Positions 41,251-63,195 of a DNA stretch of 64,000 bases are shown here, in pieces. The notes below the pieces were generated by a model, which did no database searches, was not told where the DNA came from, and worked only from the letters and a program-made list of their open reading frames with translations. Source of the DNA: an uncultured Acidobacteriota bacterium (lineage in GTDB: Bacteria > Acidobacteriota > Polarisedimenticolia > J045); contig CAVPCQ010000039.1 in assembly GCA_963702425.1 (NCBI GenBank), forward strand, positions 84,338 through 148,337. Direction: 5' to 3'. The translations under genes were made by a program, and so were the position numbers. The stretch's first letter is position 1, and each line of letters begins with the position of its first letter.

Positions 41251-42489
41251 ATGCCTCGAGATAGCCGGAAAGGGAAGCACGGCCCGGCGCGTCCGGGCGG
41301 CGGGCCGCCTCGCGGCGAGCGACGGGGACCGCCGGGCGGACCGCGCGGCTCAAAGGGCGCGGCCCGTCCCGCCGGCCGGCCGGGGCCGGCGGACAGGCCT
41401 GCGGCACGACCGGGGGGGAAGCCCCCGCGCGCCGGCGTTCGTGACGACGACCGGCGCCCGCCGCGCGCCGCCGCCGAATGGCAGTCCGGGCGCCCGCCCC
41501 GCGACGCCAGGGAGAGGAGCCCCGAGCGCGCCCCGCGCCGCAAGGGGGGCGCCCCCGAACGGGCTGCGCCGCGCCGGCGCGAGGAGCGCCCCCTGCGGGG
41601 AGTGCGCCCGGAGCGTGACGAGCGCCCCGAACGCAGCGCACCACGCGGCGCCTCGCGCCCCGGGTCCGCGCCGCGGCGGGCGCCCGCTCCCGCGACCATC
41701 GAGGCGGCGGGCGACGCGGCGGCGCGGGAGGGGATGGCGTACGGGTTTCACGCCGTGCGGACCGCGCTCACCCACTCGCCGCGGCGGGTCGAACGGCTGA
41801 TCTTCTCGCGCGGCAGCGAAGACGGACGGGTCCGCCACCTGGTCGCGCTGGCTCGCGAGGCCGGGGTGCCGTTCCAGGAGGTACCCAAGGAGGCCCTCGA
41901 CCGGATCTCCGACGGGGTCCGCCACCAGGGGGTCGCGGCCCGGATGGCCGGCGCTGACCTCCACCCCGCCGAGGAACTGATCGAGACGCTGCCGGACGAC
42001 GCCCTCGTCCTGGTCCTGGACGGGATCGAGGACCCGCGGAACATCGGGGCGATCCTGCGCAGCGCGGCCGCGTTCGGCGCGGCCGCGGTGTTCCTCCCGA
42101 TCCACCACAGCGCCGGGCTCTCCCCGGCCGCGATCAAGACCGCCGCGGGAGCGATCGACCTGGTGAAGGTGGCCCGGGCCGGGAACGTCTCGCGGCTGCT
42201 GGAGACGCTGACCGAGCGCGGGTTGACCCCGGTCGCCCTCGACCCCGATGCCGGGGTCCCGCCTTGGCAGGCCCCGCTCTCGGGCGGGATCGCGCTGGTG
42301 GCGGGGGGCGAGGAGAAGGGGATCCGCCCGACCGTGGCGGAGCGCTGCCCGATTCGGGTCCGGATCCCGATCCGGGACGAGGTGGGGTCGCTCAACGTCT
42401 CGGTCGCGGTCGGGATCGTCCTCGCCGAGACCCGTCGCCAGCGGGAGAAACCCCTTGCAATCCTTGACGATGGGAAGGGCCAGTGCTAA
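41251..42489 (+). CDS. rlmB: 23S rRNA Gm2251 2'-O-methyltransferase with long basic N-terminal extension
   Basis: YGFHAV, HQGVAA, LDGIEDPRNIGAILRS, GGEEKGIR, SLNVSVA (SPOUT). Confidence 0.9.
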   Translation: MPRDSRKGKHGPARPGGGPPRGERRGPPGGPRGSKGAARPAGRPGPADRPAARPGGKPPRAGVRDDDRRPPRAAAEWQSGRPPRDARERSPERAPRRKGGAPERAAPRRREERPLRGVRPERDERPERSAPRGASRPGSAPRRAPAPATIEAAGDAAAREGMAYGFHAVRTALTHSPRRVERLIFSRGSEDGRVRHLVALAREAGVPFQEVPKEALDRISDGVRHQGVAARMAGADLHPAEELIETLPDDALVLVLDGIEDPRNIGAILRSAAAFGAAAVFLPIHHSAGLSPAAIKTAAGAIDLVKVARAGNVSRLLETLTERGLTPVALDPDAGVPPWQAPLSGGIALVAGGEEKGIRPTVAERCPIRVRIPIRDEVGSLNVSVAVGIVLAETRRQREKPLAILDDGKGQC

Positions 42490-42492
42490 TCT
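42464..42492 (+). promoter_or_regulatory. Sigma70-type promoter of the tRNA-tuf operon
   Basis: TTGACG-N17-TAATCT with extended -10 TG, 14 nt before tRNA-Thr. Confidence 0.7.
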
Positions 42493-42506
42493 CCGCGCTT
42501 TGCTGA

Positions 42507-42581
42507 GCTGGCGTAGCTCAGCGGCAGAGCAGCTGATTTGTAATCAGCGGGTCGGGGGTTCGATTCCCTTCGCCAGCTCCA
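42507..42581 (+). tRNA. tRNA-Thr(TGT)
   Basis: Cloverleaf GCTGGCG...CGCCAGC-T-CCA, anticodon TGT, GTTCGA T-loop. Confidence 0.95.
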
Positions 42582-42702
42582 GCGCGCAGCGGGATGGCTG
42601 GCCGGGGTACAAGCGCCAGCCGGCTCAGAGACTTGGAGGACGTGCGGCGGGCCGAGCGGCTGGTGAGAGAGTCGTTCTGCGCGGCGCTCCATTGCCGTGA
42701 CT

Positions 42703-42787
42703 GGAGGGGTTCCCGAGCGGTCAAAGGGAGCAGACTGTAAATCTGCCGGCCACGCCTTCGGAGGTTCGAATCCTCCCCCCTCCACCA
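42703..42787 (+). tRNA. tRNA-Tyr(GTA)
   Basis: GGAGGGG...CCCCTCC-A-CCA, anticodon GTA, long variable arm. Confidence 0.95.
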
Positions 42788-42869
42788 CTCCCGAGCCGGA
42801 CGACCGGAGAGACGGGCAGCAACGCGCCAGGGGCCGCACGCGGCCCGGGGCCTTGGAAGTAAGGAGCAA

Positions 42870-42945
42870 GCGGGAATAGCTCAGTTGGTAGAGCATCAGC
42901 CTTCCAAGCTGAGGGTCGCGGGTTCGAGTCCCGTTTCCCGCTCCA
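42870..42945 (+). tRNA. tRNA-Gly(TCC)
   Basis: GCGGGAA...TTCCCGC-T-CCA, anticodon TCC. Confidence 0.95.
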
Positions 42946-42982
42946 GCCCGGAGGGCGGCTCCTCGCGACGGAGAGGGCCTGG

Positions 42983-43058
42983 GCCCATGTAGCTCAGTAG
43001 GCAGAGCACCTCCTTGGTAAGGAGGAGGTCACCAGTTCGAATCTGGTCATGGGCTCCA
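42983..43058 (+). tRNA. tRNA-Thr(GGT)
   Basis: GCCCATG...CATGGGC-T-CCA, anticodon GGT. Confidence 0.95.
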
Positions 43059-43129
43059 CTTGAATCACGGACGGACGACAGCATGACCCGCGGCGGATCG
43101 GAGCGCGGGGCCGGGCGCCGGAGGAAGCG

Positions 43130-44317
<1,188 letters not shown>

Positions 44318-44319
44318 CC

Positions 44320-44375
44320 GTAGGGGCCGCCCTCCGTGGCGGCCCGACCGTAGGGGCCGGCCTCCGTGCCGGCCC
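44320..44375. repeat. Tandem GTAG-type REP-like palindromes
   Basis: GTAG-GGGCCGCC-CTCCGT-GGCGGCCC (44320-44345) and GTAG-GGGCCGGC-CTCCGT-GCCGGCCC (44350-44375). Confidence 0.75.
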
Positions 44376-44400
44376 GGACGGCTGACGCGAGGCGACGACG

Positions 44401-44550
44401 ATGCGCGATAACATCACGTTGGCGTGCGGTGACTGCAAGCGCCGCAACTACACGTCGACGAAGAACAAGAAGACCACCCCGGACCGGCTGGAGAAGAAGA
44501 AGTTCTGCCGGTCCTGCCGGAAGCACACCGCGCACAAGGAAACGCGCTGA
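44401..44550 (+). CDS. rpmG: 50S ribosomal protein L33 (Zn-ribbon form)
   Basis: [17 protein letters not shown]...[17 protein letters not shown]; below the ORF-track length cutoff. Confidence 0.95.
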   Translation: MRDNITLACGDCKRRNYTSTKNKKTTPDRLEKKKFCRSCRKHTAHKETR

Positions 44551-44561
44551 GCGCGGTCTGG

Positions 44562-44637
44562 ACGGGAGTAGCTCAACTGGCAGAGCAACGGTCTCCAAAA
44601 CCGTAGGTTGGGGGTTCGAGTCCCTCCTCCCGTGCCA
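44562..44637 (+). tRNA. tRNA-Trp(CCA)
   Basis: ACGGGAG...CTCCCGT-G-CCA, anticodon CCA; usual position before secE. Confidence 0.95.
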
Positions 44638-44671
44638 CCCGCGGGGCGTTCGAGAGGGTGTCGGAGGCGCA

Positions 44672-44872
44672 GTGAACTGGTGGACCAAGGTTCGGGATTT
44701 CTTCGAGAGCGTCTGGAAGGAGCTGAAGCGCGTCTCCTGGCCGACGAAGAAGGAGGTCTACGGCACGACGCTGGTCGTGGTCGTGACCATACTCATCTTC
44801 GCGGTCTACCTGGGGATCGTGGATCTCGTCCTCGCCTTCATCCAGAAGAACATTCTGATGCGCGCCGCGTGA
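44672..44872 (+). CDS. secE: Preprotein translocase subunit SecE
   Basis: [12 protein letters not shown] plus one TM; GGAGG RBS before GTG. Confidence 0.93.
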   Translation: MNWWTKVRDFFESVWKELKRVSWPTKKEVYGTTLVVVVTILIFAVYLGIVDLVLAFIQKNILMRAA

Positions 44873-44900
44873 CGGCGGTGGAACCGGGGAGCGAACGATC

Positions 44901-45542
44901 GTGATCGGCGAGCTGGACGGCCAGGACCGCGTGCCGAACGCGGACGTCGGCGCTGCCGGCGACGCCGGAGCCGTGGCTCTCGGTGCGGGCGCAACCGGCC
45001 CCGACACGAGCCGGATGCAGTGGTTCATCATCCATACCTACAGCGGCTTCGAGAACAAGGTGAAGCAGTCGCTGAGGCAGCGCGCCGACGCGTACGGGAT
45101 GGGGGACAAGATCGGAGAGATCCTGGTCCCGACCGAAGACGTAGTCGAGGTGCGCGACGGGAAGAAGGTCGTGACCCGGAAGAAGTTCTTCCCGGGCTAC
45201 GTCCTGGTGCAGATGGAAATGTCGGACGAGGCGTGGCACGTGGTGCGCTCCACGCCGAAGGTGACGCGGTTCGTCGGCGGCTCCCAGAAGCCGATGCCGC
45301 TGACCCAGGAGGAAGTGGACCGGATCCTGAACCAGGTCCACGTCACCCAGGAGAAGCCGAAGCCGAAGTTCGACTACCGCGTGGGCGAGACCGTGAAGAT
45401 CACCGACGGGCCGTTCAGCAATTTCACCGGCGTCGTCGAAGAGGTCAACGAGGACCGTTCCACGCTGAAGGTGATGGTCAGCATTTTCGGGCGCTCGACG
45501 CCGGTGGAACTGGAGTTCCACCAGGTGAAGCGACCCGAGTAG
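44901..45542 (+). CDS. nusG: Transcription factor NusG (start may be 45015)
   Basis: [25 protein letters not shown] motif, [10 protein letters not shown]. Confidence 0.96.
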   Translation: MIGELDGQDRVPNADVGAAGDAGAVALGAGATGPDTSRMQWFIIHTYSGFENKVKQSLRQRADAYGMGDKIGEILVPTEDVVEVRDGKKVVTRKKFFPGYVLVQMEMSDEAWHVVRSTPKVTRFVGGSQKPMPLTQEEVDRILNQVHVTQEKPKPKFDYRVGETVKITDGPFSNFTGVVEEVNEDRSTLKVMVSIFGRSTPVELEFHQVKRPE

Positions 45543-45671
45543 CTGCGGCGAGCCGGCCCCGGAACGGGGGCGGTGGAGAGTGTTCCGGCGTCTCACCCTG
45601 GCCGCCGGCGCGCGCACGAGCGCGCGGAACCCGAAGGGGAGGCGGGCCAGACCCCGCCGTAGAGGTCGCAG

Positions 45672-46097
45672 ATGGCGAAGAAAGTCGTCGCCCTGGTCAA
45701 GCTGCAGTGCCCGGCGGGGAAAGCTACGCCCGCGCCGCCGGTGGGCCCTGCGCTCGGTCAGCACGGCGTGAACATCATGGAATTCTGCAAGACCTTCAAT
45801 GCCCGGACCCAGGGGCAGGAAGGTCTGATCATCCCGGCACTCATCACCGTCTACTCGGACCGCACCTTCACGTTCATCACCAAGACGCCGCCGGCATCGA
45901 TCCTGCTGCTCCGCGCGGCGGGCGTCGAGAAGGGCTCCGGCGAGCCGAACCGCAAGAAGGTCGGCAAGGTGTCCCGTGCCCAGGTGGCGGAGATCGCGAA
46001 GACGAAGGCCCCGGACCTCACGGCCGGGGACGTCGACGCCGCGATCCGTACCGTCGAGGGCAGCGCGCGCAGCATGGGCATCGAAATCGTCGACTGA
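45672..46097 (+). CDS. rplK: 50S ribosomal protein L11
   Basis: [26 protein letters not shown]. Confidence 0.97.
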   Translation: MAKKVVALVKLQCPAGKATPAPPVGPALGQHGVNIMEFCKTFNARTQGQEGLIIPALITVYSDRTFTFITKTPPASILLLRAAGVEKGSGEPNRKKVGKVSRAQVAEIAKTKAPDLTAGDVDAAIRTVEGSARSMGIEIVD

Positions 46098-46126
46098 AGC
46101 GACGGCGAGCGAGAAGGAGACGGAGC

Positions 46127-46843
46127 ATGCCGCGGCACGGAAAGAACTACGACAGCGCGATCCAGCGCATGGACAAGCGCCCGTACATCATCGACGACGC
46201 CTTCGGGAAGCTGAAGGAGGTCGCCTACGCCAAGTTCGACGAGACGGTCGAGATCGCGATGCTGCTCGGCGTCGACCCCCGTCACGCGGACCAGATGGTC
46301 CGCGGCACGGTCAGCCTGCCCCACGGGACGGGCCAGACGCTGCGGGTGCTGGCGATCGTCGGCGGCGAGAAGTTCCCGGAGGCCCAGGAGGCCGGCGCGG
46401 ACATCGTCTGGACCGGCCCCGAGGCGGTCGAGAAGATCACCGCCGGGCAGCTCGATTTCGAGGCGGTCGTCGCGACGCCCGACGTGATGCGCGACCTCGG
46501 GAAGCTGGGCAAGGTCCTCGGCCCCCGCGGTCTGATGCCGAACCCGAAGACGGGGACCGTGACGACCGACATCGGCCGCGCGGTGCGCGAGATCAAGGGC
46601 GGCAAGGTCGAGTTCCGCGTCAACAAGACGGCGATCATCCACGGGATCCTCGGCAAGCGTTCCTTCTCGCCCGACCAGCTCGCGGAGAACTTCCGCGCGT
46701 TCGTGACGGCGGTGCAGCGCGCCAAGCCGTCGAGCTCGAAGGGTCGCTACATCAAGTCGGTGTACGTGTCGTCCACGATGAGTCCGAGCATCCAGATCGA
46801 CCTCGCGGACGTGGACAAGCTCCAGCAGGCCGAACGGGCCTGA
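46127..46843 (+). CDS. rplA: 50S ribosomal protein L1
   Basis: [33 protein letters not shown]. Confidence 0.97.
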   Translation: MPRHGKNYDSAIQRMDKRPYIIDDAFGKLKEVAYAKFDETVEIAMLLGVDPRHADQMVRGTVSLPHGTGQTLRVLAIVGGEKFPEAQEAGADIVWTGPEAVEKITAGQLDFEAVVATPDVMRDLGKLGKVLGPRGLMPNPKTGTVTTDIGRAVREIKGGKVEFRVNKTAIIHGILGKRSFSPDQLAENFRAFVTAVQRAKPSSSKGRYIKSVYVSSTMSPSIQIDLADVDKLQQAERA

Positions 46844-46861
46844 CGCGGAAGGGAGTCGATC

Positions 46862-47401
46862 ATGGTCAGGACGAGGGCCGAGAAGAGCGCGATGGTGGAC
46901 AAGATCCGCCTGGTGTTCGACGGCGCCAACAGCCTGTTCCTGGTCAGCCTTGCGGGGCTGACCAGCAACGAGATCAACGGCCTGCGTGCCAATCTGCGCA
47001 AGAAGGGCGCGCGGATGGTCGTGGTCAAGAACCGCATCGCGCGGCGCGCAGCCGAAGGGGGCCCGCTCGCCCAGCTCGACGGGGAGTTCCGCGGTCCGAC
47101 GGCGGTCGTGCACCATCCGACCGAGCCGGCGGCGGCGGCGAAGAGCCTGTTCGACTTCGCCAAGGACCACCCGGCGCTGAAGATCCGTGCCGCGCTGGTC
47201 GACCGGACCGCCGCGGTGCGGGGCCCCGATGTCAAGGGAATCGCCGACCTGCCGACGATCGATCAGGCCCGGGCGATGCTGCTCGGCGTGATCCAGGCGC
47301 CGGCTCAGACGCTGGTGCGGCTGATCAACACGCCCGCCACGCAGCTCGTGTACGTGAACAAGCAGCGGGCGGACGGCGCCGAAGGCGGCGCAACGAACTG
47401 A
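46862..47401 (+). CDS. rplJ: 50S ribosomal protein L10
   Basis: GLT...LR, VVKN, GPT motifs; position between rplA and rplL. Confidence 0.93.
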   Translation: MVRTRAEKSAMVDKIRLVFDGANSLFLVSLAGLTSNEINGLRANLRKKGARMVVVKNRIARRAAEGGPLAQLDGEFRGPTAVVHHPTEPAAAAKSLFDFAKDHPALKIRAALVDRTAAVRGPDVKGIADLPTIDQARAMLLGVIQAPAQTLVRLINTPATQLVYVNKQRADGAEGGATN

Positions 47402-47491
47402 GGGAACGCGGGGCGCACCGGCGTTCCCGCTGAAGAAGACAACGACCATCGGGTTCGGCGGCCAGGCCGAACCGGCAGGAGAACCAGGACC

Positions 47492-47872
47492 ATGGCAGCA
47501 GACCTGAACCAGATCGCAGAGCAGCTCAGCGGGCTCACCGTCATGGAGGCCGCGAGCCTCGTGAAGGTGCTCGAGGAGAAGTGGGGAGTCTCCGCGGCCG
47601 CGCCGGTCGCGGTCGCCGCCGCGGGTGGCGGAGCCGCGCCGGCGGCCGCCGTCGAGGAGCAGACCGAGTTCGAAGTCGTGCTGACGGAGTTCGGCGCGGA
47701 CAAGATCAAGGTCATCAAGGTGGTGCGCGAGATCACCGCCCTCGGCCTGAAGGAAGCGAAGGACCTCGTCGAGGGGGCGCCGAAGACCGTGAAGGACGGC
47801 GTCACCAAGCAGGCCGCCGAGGACATGAAGAAGAAGTTCGAGGAAGTCGGAGCGAAGGTCACCATCAAGTAG
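47492..47872 (+). CDS. rplL: 50S ribosomal protein L7/L12
   Basis: [33 protein letters not shown]. Confidence 0.97.
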   Translation: MAADLNQIAEQLSGLTVMEAASLVKVLEEKWGVSAAAPVAVAAAGGGAAPAAAVEEQTEFEVVLTEFGADKIKVIKVVREITALGLKEAKDLVEGAPKTVKDGVTKQAAEDMKKKFEEVGAKVTIK

Positions 47873-48117
47873 CGGCCCCGCGGAGAACCCGCCTTGCGCC
47901 GCACGTGCCTCAACGGCCGCCCGATCCCCCGTACCGGGATCGACACGCGACCGAGCGACGAACCCCGGTCGGTCGGGCCCCCGGCCCGACTCCGGGGTGT
48001 CGTGCGCCGCGCCGATCCGACGGGATCGCGCGCGGCGTCCTGCTCCTGATGTTCCCTGGCGTCCGGACGCTTCCCCGCGCGAGCGGGTCCGGACCGATCC
48101 GAGAAGGGTGACCTCCG

Positions 48118-52377
<4,260 letters not shown>

Positions 52378-52442
52378 CCGGCAACATCCTCGCCGGCCCC
52401 GCGCATCCCCGCGCGGGCGCCGTTCGGTAAGGAGGATCGGCC

Positions 52443-56663
<4,221 letters not shown>

Positions 56664-56687
56664 TCCGGACGCAAGTCCGGGGACGTC

Positions 56688-56718
56688 GGGCCGCCCCCCG
56701 GGGCGGCCCTTCGTTTTT
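56688..56718 (+). terminator. Rho-independent terminator after rpoC
   Basis: GGGCCGCCCC-CC-GGGGCGGCCC inverted repeat followed by TTCGTTTTT. Confidence 0.8.
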
Positions 56719-56782
56719 CGGGGCTTCCAACCCCGGAGGGGGCTGAGCCGTCGAGATGGGTGAAGGCCGTCAGGGAGAGGCG

Positions 56783-57268
56783 ATGGGCGAGTGGGACGAC
56801 GCCGCGGTGGCCATGGCCTACCGGCGTCACGCGCCCCGGCTCCTGGGGACGGCCCTCCGGCTGCTGCGGCAGCGGGAGGACGCGGAGGACACGGTGCAGG
56901 AGGCCTTCATCGCGCTGGTCCGGACGGCCCCGGCGATCGACGCCGAGGGGATCGGCGCGTGGCTGCACCGCGTGGTGGTCAACGGCTCGCTCGACCGGCT
57001 CCGCTCGCGCAAGCGCTGGCGGACCGAGGAGCCGGACGACGCCCAGCCGGCCTCGCCGGCCTCGGTGCCGAACCCCCGCTCGCTCGACCTGGCCCGCGCG
57101 GTGGAACGCCTTCCCGAGCGCGCCCGGCTCGTCTTCCTCCTCCACGACGTCGAGGGGCTGCTGCACGAGGAGGTCGGCGCGGCGCTCGGGATCGACCCCG
57201 GGACGAGCAAGTCCCAGCTGGCGCGGGCCCGCGCCCTGCTGCGCGCCTCGCTGGAGGGACGGCCGTGA
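56783..57268 (+). CDS. ECF RNA polymerase sigma factor
   Basis: DAEDTVQEAF, WLHRVVVN, LPERARLVFLLHDVEG, GTSKSQLARAR. Confidence 0.9.
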   Translation: MGEWDDAAVAMAYRRHAPRLLGTALRLLRQREDAEDTVQEAFIALVRTAPAIDAEGIGAWLHRVVVNGSLDRLRSRKRWRTEEPDDAQPASPASVPNPRSLDLARAVERLPERARLVFLLHDVEGLLHEEVGAALGIDPGTSKSQLARARALLRASLEGRP

Positions 57269-57958
57269 GCTGCGCCGACCTCGAACTGCTGCTCGCCTCC
57301 GACGACCCGCGCGACCGGGCCGCCGCGGCGGCGCACGCGGCGGGCTGCGCCGCCTGCGCCGAGCGGCTGCGCTTCGAGCGGGAGCTCGCGACCGAGGCGG
57401 CCGCGTGGGGCGGGGCGGCCGTCGTTCCGCCGCCGGAACTCGAGGCGCGGGTGCTCGCCGCGGCGCGCCGCGCCCGTCCGGCGCGCGGCGCCACCCGGCC
57501 CAGCCGCCGGCCGAGCGCCGGCCCGCCTCCCGGCCTGGGCCGCGCTCGCCGCGGCGGCCGCGTTCGGCTTCGCGGTGCTGGGCCTTTCCTTCCGCGGACC
57601 GGCGCCGGGCACCGCGACCGGCGGCAGGAGCCTGCTCGTCGCCGACGCGCTCGCGGCCGCGGAGCAGGCGGAGCACGCCCACGCGGCGGCGATCGCGCAG
57701 CTCACCCTCGCCGCCGAGCCGGTGCTCGCGCGCTCGTCCGACCCGGCGACGGCGCCGCGCGACGCCGCGCTGCTGCTGGCCTACCGCGACCGGCTGCGCT
57801 CCCTCGACCGGACGATCGGGGAGATCCAGGGGCACCTCGCGCGCAACGAGGGGAATCCCACCGCGCGCGCGCTGCTGCTGGCGGCCTACAGCGAGAAGAC
57901 GGAAGTGCTGCGCGATGTCCTCGCGCTCGGCGAGGGCCTGGAGAGAGGTGTGTCATGA
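57265..57958 (+). CDS. Zinc-binding anti-sigma factor (frameshift near 57490)
   Basis: GTG overlapping the sigma stop; HAAGCAAC (HxxxCxxC); TM then helical C-terminus in the second frame. Confidence 0.75.
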
Positions 57959-59595
57959 CGCATGGCCGTGCCCTGTCCCTGCTCCTGGCCGCGACGCTCG
58001 GTCTCGCCGGGCTCGGTCCGGGAGCCGCGCTGGCCCAGGCCGTCGCCCCGGCCGCCTCGCGCACCCCAGTCGCCGCCCGCCCCGGGCGTTCCGCCGGTCC
58101 CGCCGCGCCGCCGGCTGCCCCGCTCCGGCCCCGCCCCCCGCCGCGGAGCGCCTGCCGCTCGGGGCCGGGGCCGAGCGCGTGACGGCGGAAGCGGCCGCCG
58201 CCTGGCGCCAGCGCCCGGTGACGATCACCGCGCGTGCGGCCGACGTCAGGGTCCAGGGCGGGCCGGGGACCAGGTCCGGGCGACCGGAGAGGTCGAGTTC
58301 CTGTCGAGCGACGCCGAGTGGGCCTCCGCGGTGCGCCGGCAGTTCAAGATCGAGCTGACCGAGTCGGCGGACGAGATCCGCCTCGAGCCGAGCCTGCCGG
58401 AGCCGCCACGCTCGTGGTTCGGCCGCTCCAGGGGCTCCTACGCGATCCGCCTCACCGTCACGGTTCCGAAGGGGGCCGCCGTGCGGGTCGACGCCGCGTT
58501 CGGCGACGTGGTGGTGCGGGATACCGCGGGCGCCGTCCGGCTCGCGCTCTCCTCGGGGGACGCCGAGGTGCGCGGCGTGGCCGGCCCGGTCGAGCTGTCG
58601 AGCAGCTTCGGCGACCTGACGGTCGCCGACGTCGCGGGGGAACTGCGGGTGCAGGCCAGCAGCGGCGACCTCGAGGCCTCGCGGGTCCGCGGAGCGGTCG
58701 ACATCGAGACGAGCTACGGGGACGCCCGGCTGGTCGACCTCGGCGCCGGGCTCCGCGCTCTCCGCCGGGAGCGGGGACGTGACGATCCAGCGGGTGGCGG
58801 GCCCGGTCGACGTGTCGGTGCAGTACGGCGACACCGAGGTCTCGGGGGTCGGCGCCGGGCTGCGCTTCAACGGCTCGTCGGGGAGCCTCGTCCTGTCCCA
58901 GGTCCAGGGGCCCTCCGAGGTGCGCAACACCTACGGCGACATCGAGATCTCGGGGGCAGGGGCCGAGGTGAAGATCTACTCTGGTTCCGGCAGCGTGCTG
59001 GTCCGGGACGCCCGGGCCGGCGTCCGGGCCGAAACGAACTACGGCGACGTGGAACTGGAGCGGATCGGCGGCGCGGTCCAGGTGACGGCCGGTTCGGGCG
59101 GGGTGACGGTGACCGGCGCCTCCTCCAGCGTCGAGGTCCGCGCCACCCACAGCCCGATCCGGATCGGCAGGGCGGCCGGGCCGGTGACCGTGTTCAGCTC
59201 GAGCGGGCCGGTCGAACTCACCGAGATCGGCGGCGCGCTGAAGGTCGACTCCTCGGGGGGGCCGGTCAGCGTGCTCGGGATCCGCGGGGCGAGCGAGATC
59301 CGCTCGTCCGGCGGAGCGGTCGAACTCGGCGGATTCGCCGGCGGCGCCCTGTCCGCGACCCACGCCGTCTCCGCCGGGTCGGGTGACGTCGACATCGACT
59401 GGCCCGCCGCGGCCGGGGTGGCCTGGCGGCTGGAGTCGCTGGGAGGCGAGGTCACCGTGCTGCGGCCCGGCGAGGAGCCGCTCGAGGGGGCGACCGAGGG
59501 CTCGCGAGCCGTCCTGGAAGGCCGCTGGAAGGAGGGGCGGGGGGCGGGTCGAGGTGGCGACGCGCGGTGCGGACATCGCGCTCGACGTTCACTGA
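57955..59595 (+). CDS. Secreted DUF4097/adhesin-like beta-repeat protein (several frameshifts)
   Basis: Signal peptide MTHGRALSLLLAATLGLA; many repeats of the form SxGDxxVxxxxG (SSGDAEV, SFGDLTV, TYGDIEI, NYGDVEL). Confidence 0.75.
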
Positions 59596-59649
59596 CCGAG
59601 GTCAGAGTCAGCCCGCGCGCCCCCCTCGGCTCCGCGCGCCAGATGGCCC

Positions 59650-59678
59650 TTGACATCGCCGCGCTTTCCCTCTAGCAT
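59650..59678 (+). promoter_or_regulatory. Sigma70-type promoter of rpsL operon
   Basis: TTGACA-N17-TAGCAT. Confidence 0.75.
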
Positions 59679-60008
59679 CCGCGCTTTGTGTCGCCCCGGT
59701 CCCTTGCGGCCGGGGCGAATCCGGCGACGAACGGCTGGGCCCAGCGCACCTCGACCTTTCGGGGTGGGTGCCTTCCGGTCCAGTACGCGTCGGAGAAGAG
59801 AGTCCGGCCCGCAGCCGACCCTCGAGACGGGGCCCCGCCGAACGCCCCGTGTGAGGAGCTGCACCGAGCGGCCGGCTCGACGGCCAGAAACCGGAACCGC
59901 GTGTTCCGGCCGGGTCGTGGAACGCGGGAACAGAACCCTGCCGCCCGTGCGCGCGGGGACGCGTCATGCGTCCGTGCGCTCACCCGGCGGGCGATGGAGA
60001 CGGGACAG

Positions 60009-60383
<375 letters not shown>

Positions 60384-60397
60384 CGGGAGCCGACGCG

Positions 60398-60868
60398 ATG
60401 CCGAGACGTCGTGAAGTACCGGAGAGGCCGTCCCCGCCCGACCCGATCTACGGGTCGCCGGTGGTGACGAAGTTCATCAACTCGATCATGAAGGACGGGA
60501 AGCGCACGACCGCCGAGCGGATCTTCTACGATGCGATGGAGAAGATCCAGGTCAAGACGAGCGACGACCCGATGAAGGTCTTCCGCCGGGCGATCGACAA
60601 CGTCAAGCCGGTGATGGAGGTCAAGTCGCGTCGCGTCGGCGGGTCGAACTACCAGGTCCCGATCGAAGTCGCGCCGAAGCGTCGAACCTCGCTCGCGTTC
60701 CGCTGGCTCCTGCAGTACGCGAAGGCCCGCCCGGAGCGGACGATGATCGACAAGCTCGCGGCCGAGCTGATGGATGCGGCGGCCGAGCGCGGCGGCGCGA
60801 TCAAGAAGCGCGAGGACGTGCACAAGATGGCCGAGGCGAACAAGGCGTTCGCCCACTACCGCTGGTGA
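60398..60868 (+). CDS. rpsG: 30S ribosomal protein S7
   Basis: [30 protein letters not shown]. Confidence 0.97.
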   Translation: MPRRREVPERPSPPDPIYGSPVVTKFINSIMKDGKRTTAERIFYDAMEKIQVKTSDDPMKVFRRAIDNVKPVMEVKSRRVGGSNYQVPIEVAPKRRTSLAFRWLLQYAKARPERTMIDKLAAELMDAAAERGGAIKKREDVHKMAEANKAFAHYRW

Positions 60869-60937
60869 TTCGACGCGGACGGCGCGCGCCGTCCCCCATG
60901 CCGGTCCCACCCGGCGCGTAACGGACAGGGAGAAGCG

Positions 60938-62125
<1,188 letters not shown>

Positions 62126-62142
62126 CCGACGGACGGGCCGTG

Positions 62143-62190
62143 GCAGGGGCCGCCCTCCGTGGGGGTAGGGGCCGGCCTCCGTGCCGGCCC
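62143..62190. repeat. GTAG-type REP-like palindromes (one degenerate, one intact)
   Basis: GCAGGGGCCGCCCTCCGTGG followed by GTAGGGGCCGGCCTCCGTGCCGGCCC (62165-62190), identical to 44350-44375. Confidence 0.75.
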
Positions 62191-62216
62191 GAACGCGGCA
62201 ACCCGAGGACCTGGCG

Positions 62217-62534
<318 letters not shown>

Positions 62535-62553
62535 GATCGAGGGGGACCCTGTC

Positions 62554-63192
62554 GTGGTGAACGGCCTGATCGGACGCAAGGTGGGAATGACCCAGCTGTT
62601 CATGGAGGACGGTCGCTTCGTGCCCGTCACCCTGATCCAGGCTGGCCCCTGCGTCGTCGTGCAGCGCAAGACCTCCGAGCGCGACGGCTACGAGTCCGCG
62701 CAGCTCGGCCTCGTCGAGACCAAGCCCTTCCGCAAGGCCAACCGGCCGGCGAAGGGGCATTTCGCGAAGGCGGGCGTTCCGCCGACGCGCGAGCTGCGCG
62801 AGTTCCGGCTGATCGCCGGCTCCGACCCGAAGCCGGGCGACACCGTGACCTGCGAGCTCTTCGCCCCGGGCCAGCTGGTCGACGTGATCGGCACCAGCAA
62901 GGGGAAAGGGTTCCAGGGTGCGATGAAGCGCCATCACTTCCGCGGCGGCGCCGCTACGCACGGCTCCATGTTCCATCGCGCACCGGGTTCGGTCGGCGCG
63001 TCGGCCTGGCCGTCGCGCACCTTCCCCGGGACCCGCGGGCCCGGCCAGATGGGCCAGGCGCGCATCACGCAGCGCGGCGTCGAGGTCGTCAAGGTCGACC
63101 CGATGCAGAACCTGCTCATCGTCCGCGGCGCCGTCCCCGGCGCGCGCGGCAGCCTGGTCGTGATCCAGCGGCCTTACGGCGCCACGGAGTGA
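62554..63192 (+). CDS. rplC: 50S ribosomal protein L3
   Basis: [30 protein letters not shown]. Confidence 0.97.
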   Translation: MVNGLIGRKVGMTQLFMEDGRFVPVTLIQAGPCVVVQRKTSERDGYESAQLGLVETKPFRKANRPAKGHFAKAGVPPTRELREFRLIAGSDPKPGDTVTCELFAPGQLVDVIGTSKGKGFQGAMKRHHFRGGAATHGSMFHRAPGSVGASAWPSRTFPGTRGPGQMGQARITQRGVEVVKVDPMQNLLIVRGAVPGARGSLVVIQRPYGATE

Positions 63193-63195
63193 TCC

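Noticed and set aside
41251-41730. Arg/Pro-rich repetitive N-terminus of RlmB as a separate element
   Set aside because: Basic disordered extensions are common on RlmB-family proteins, and no discrete repeat unit is evident.
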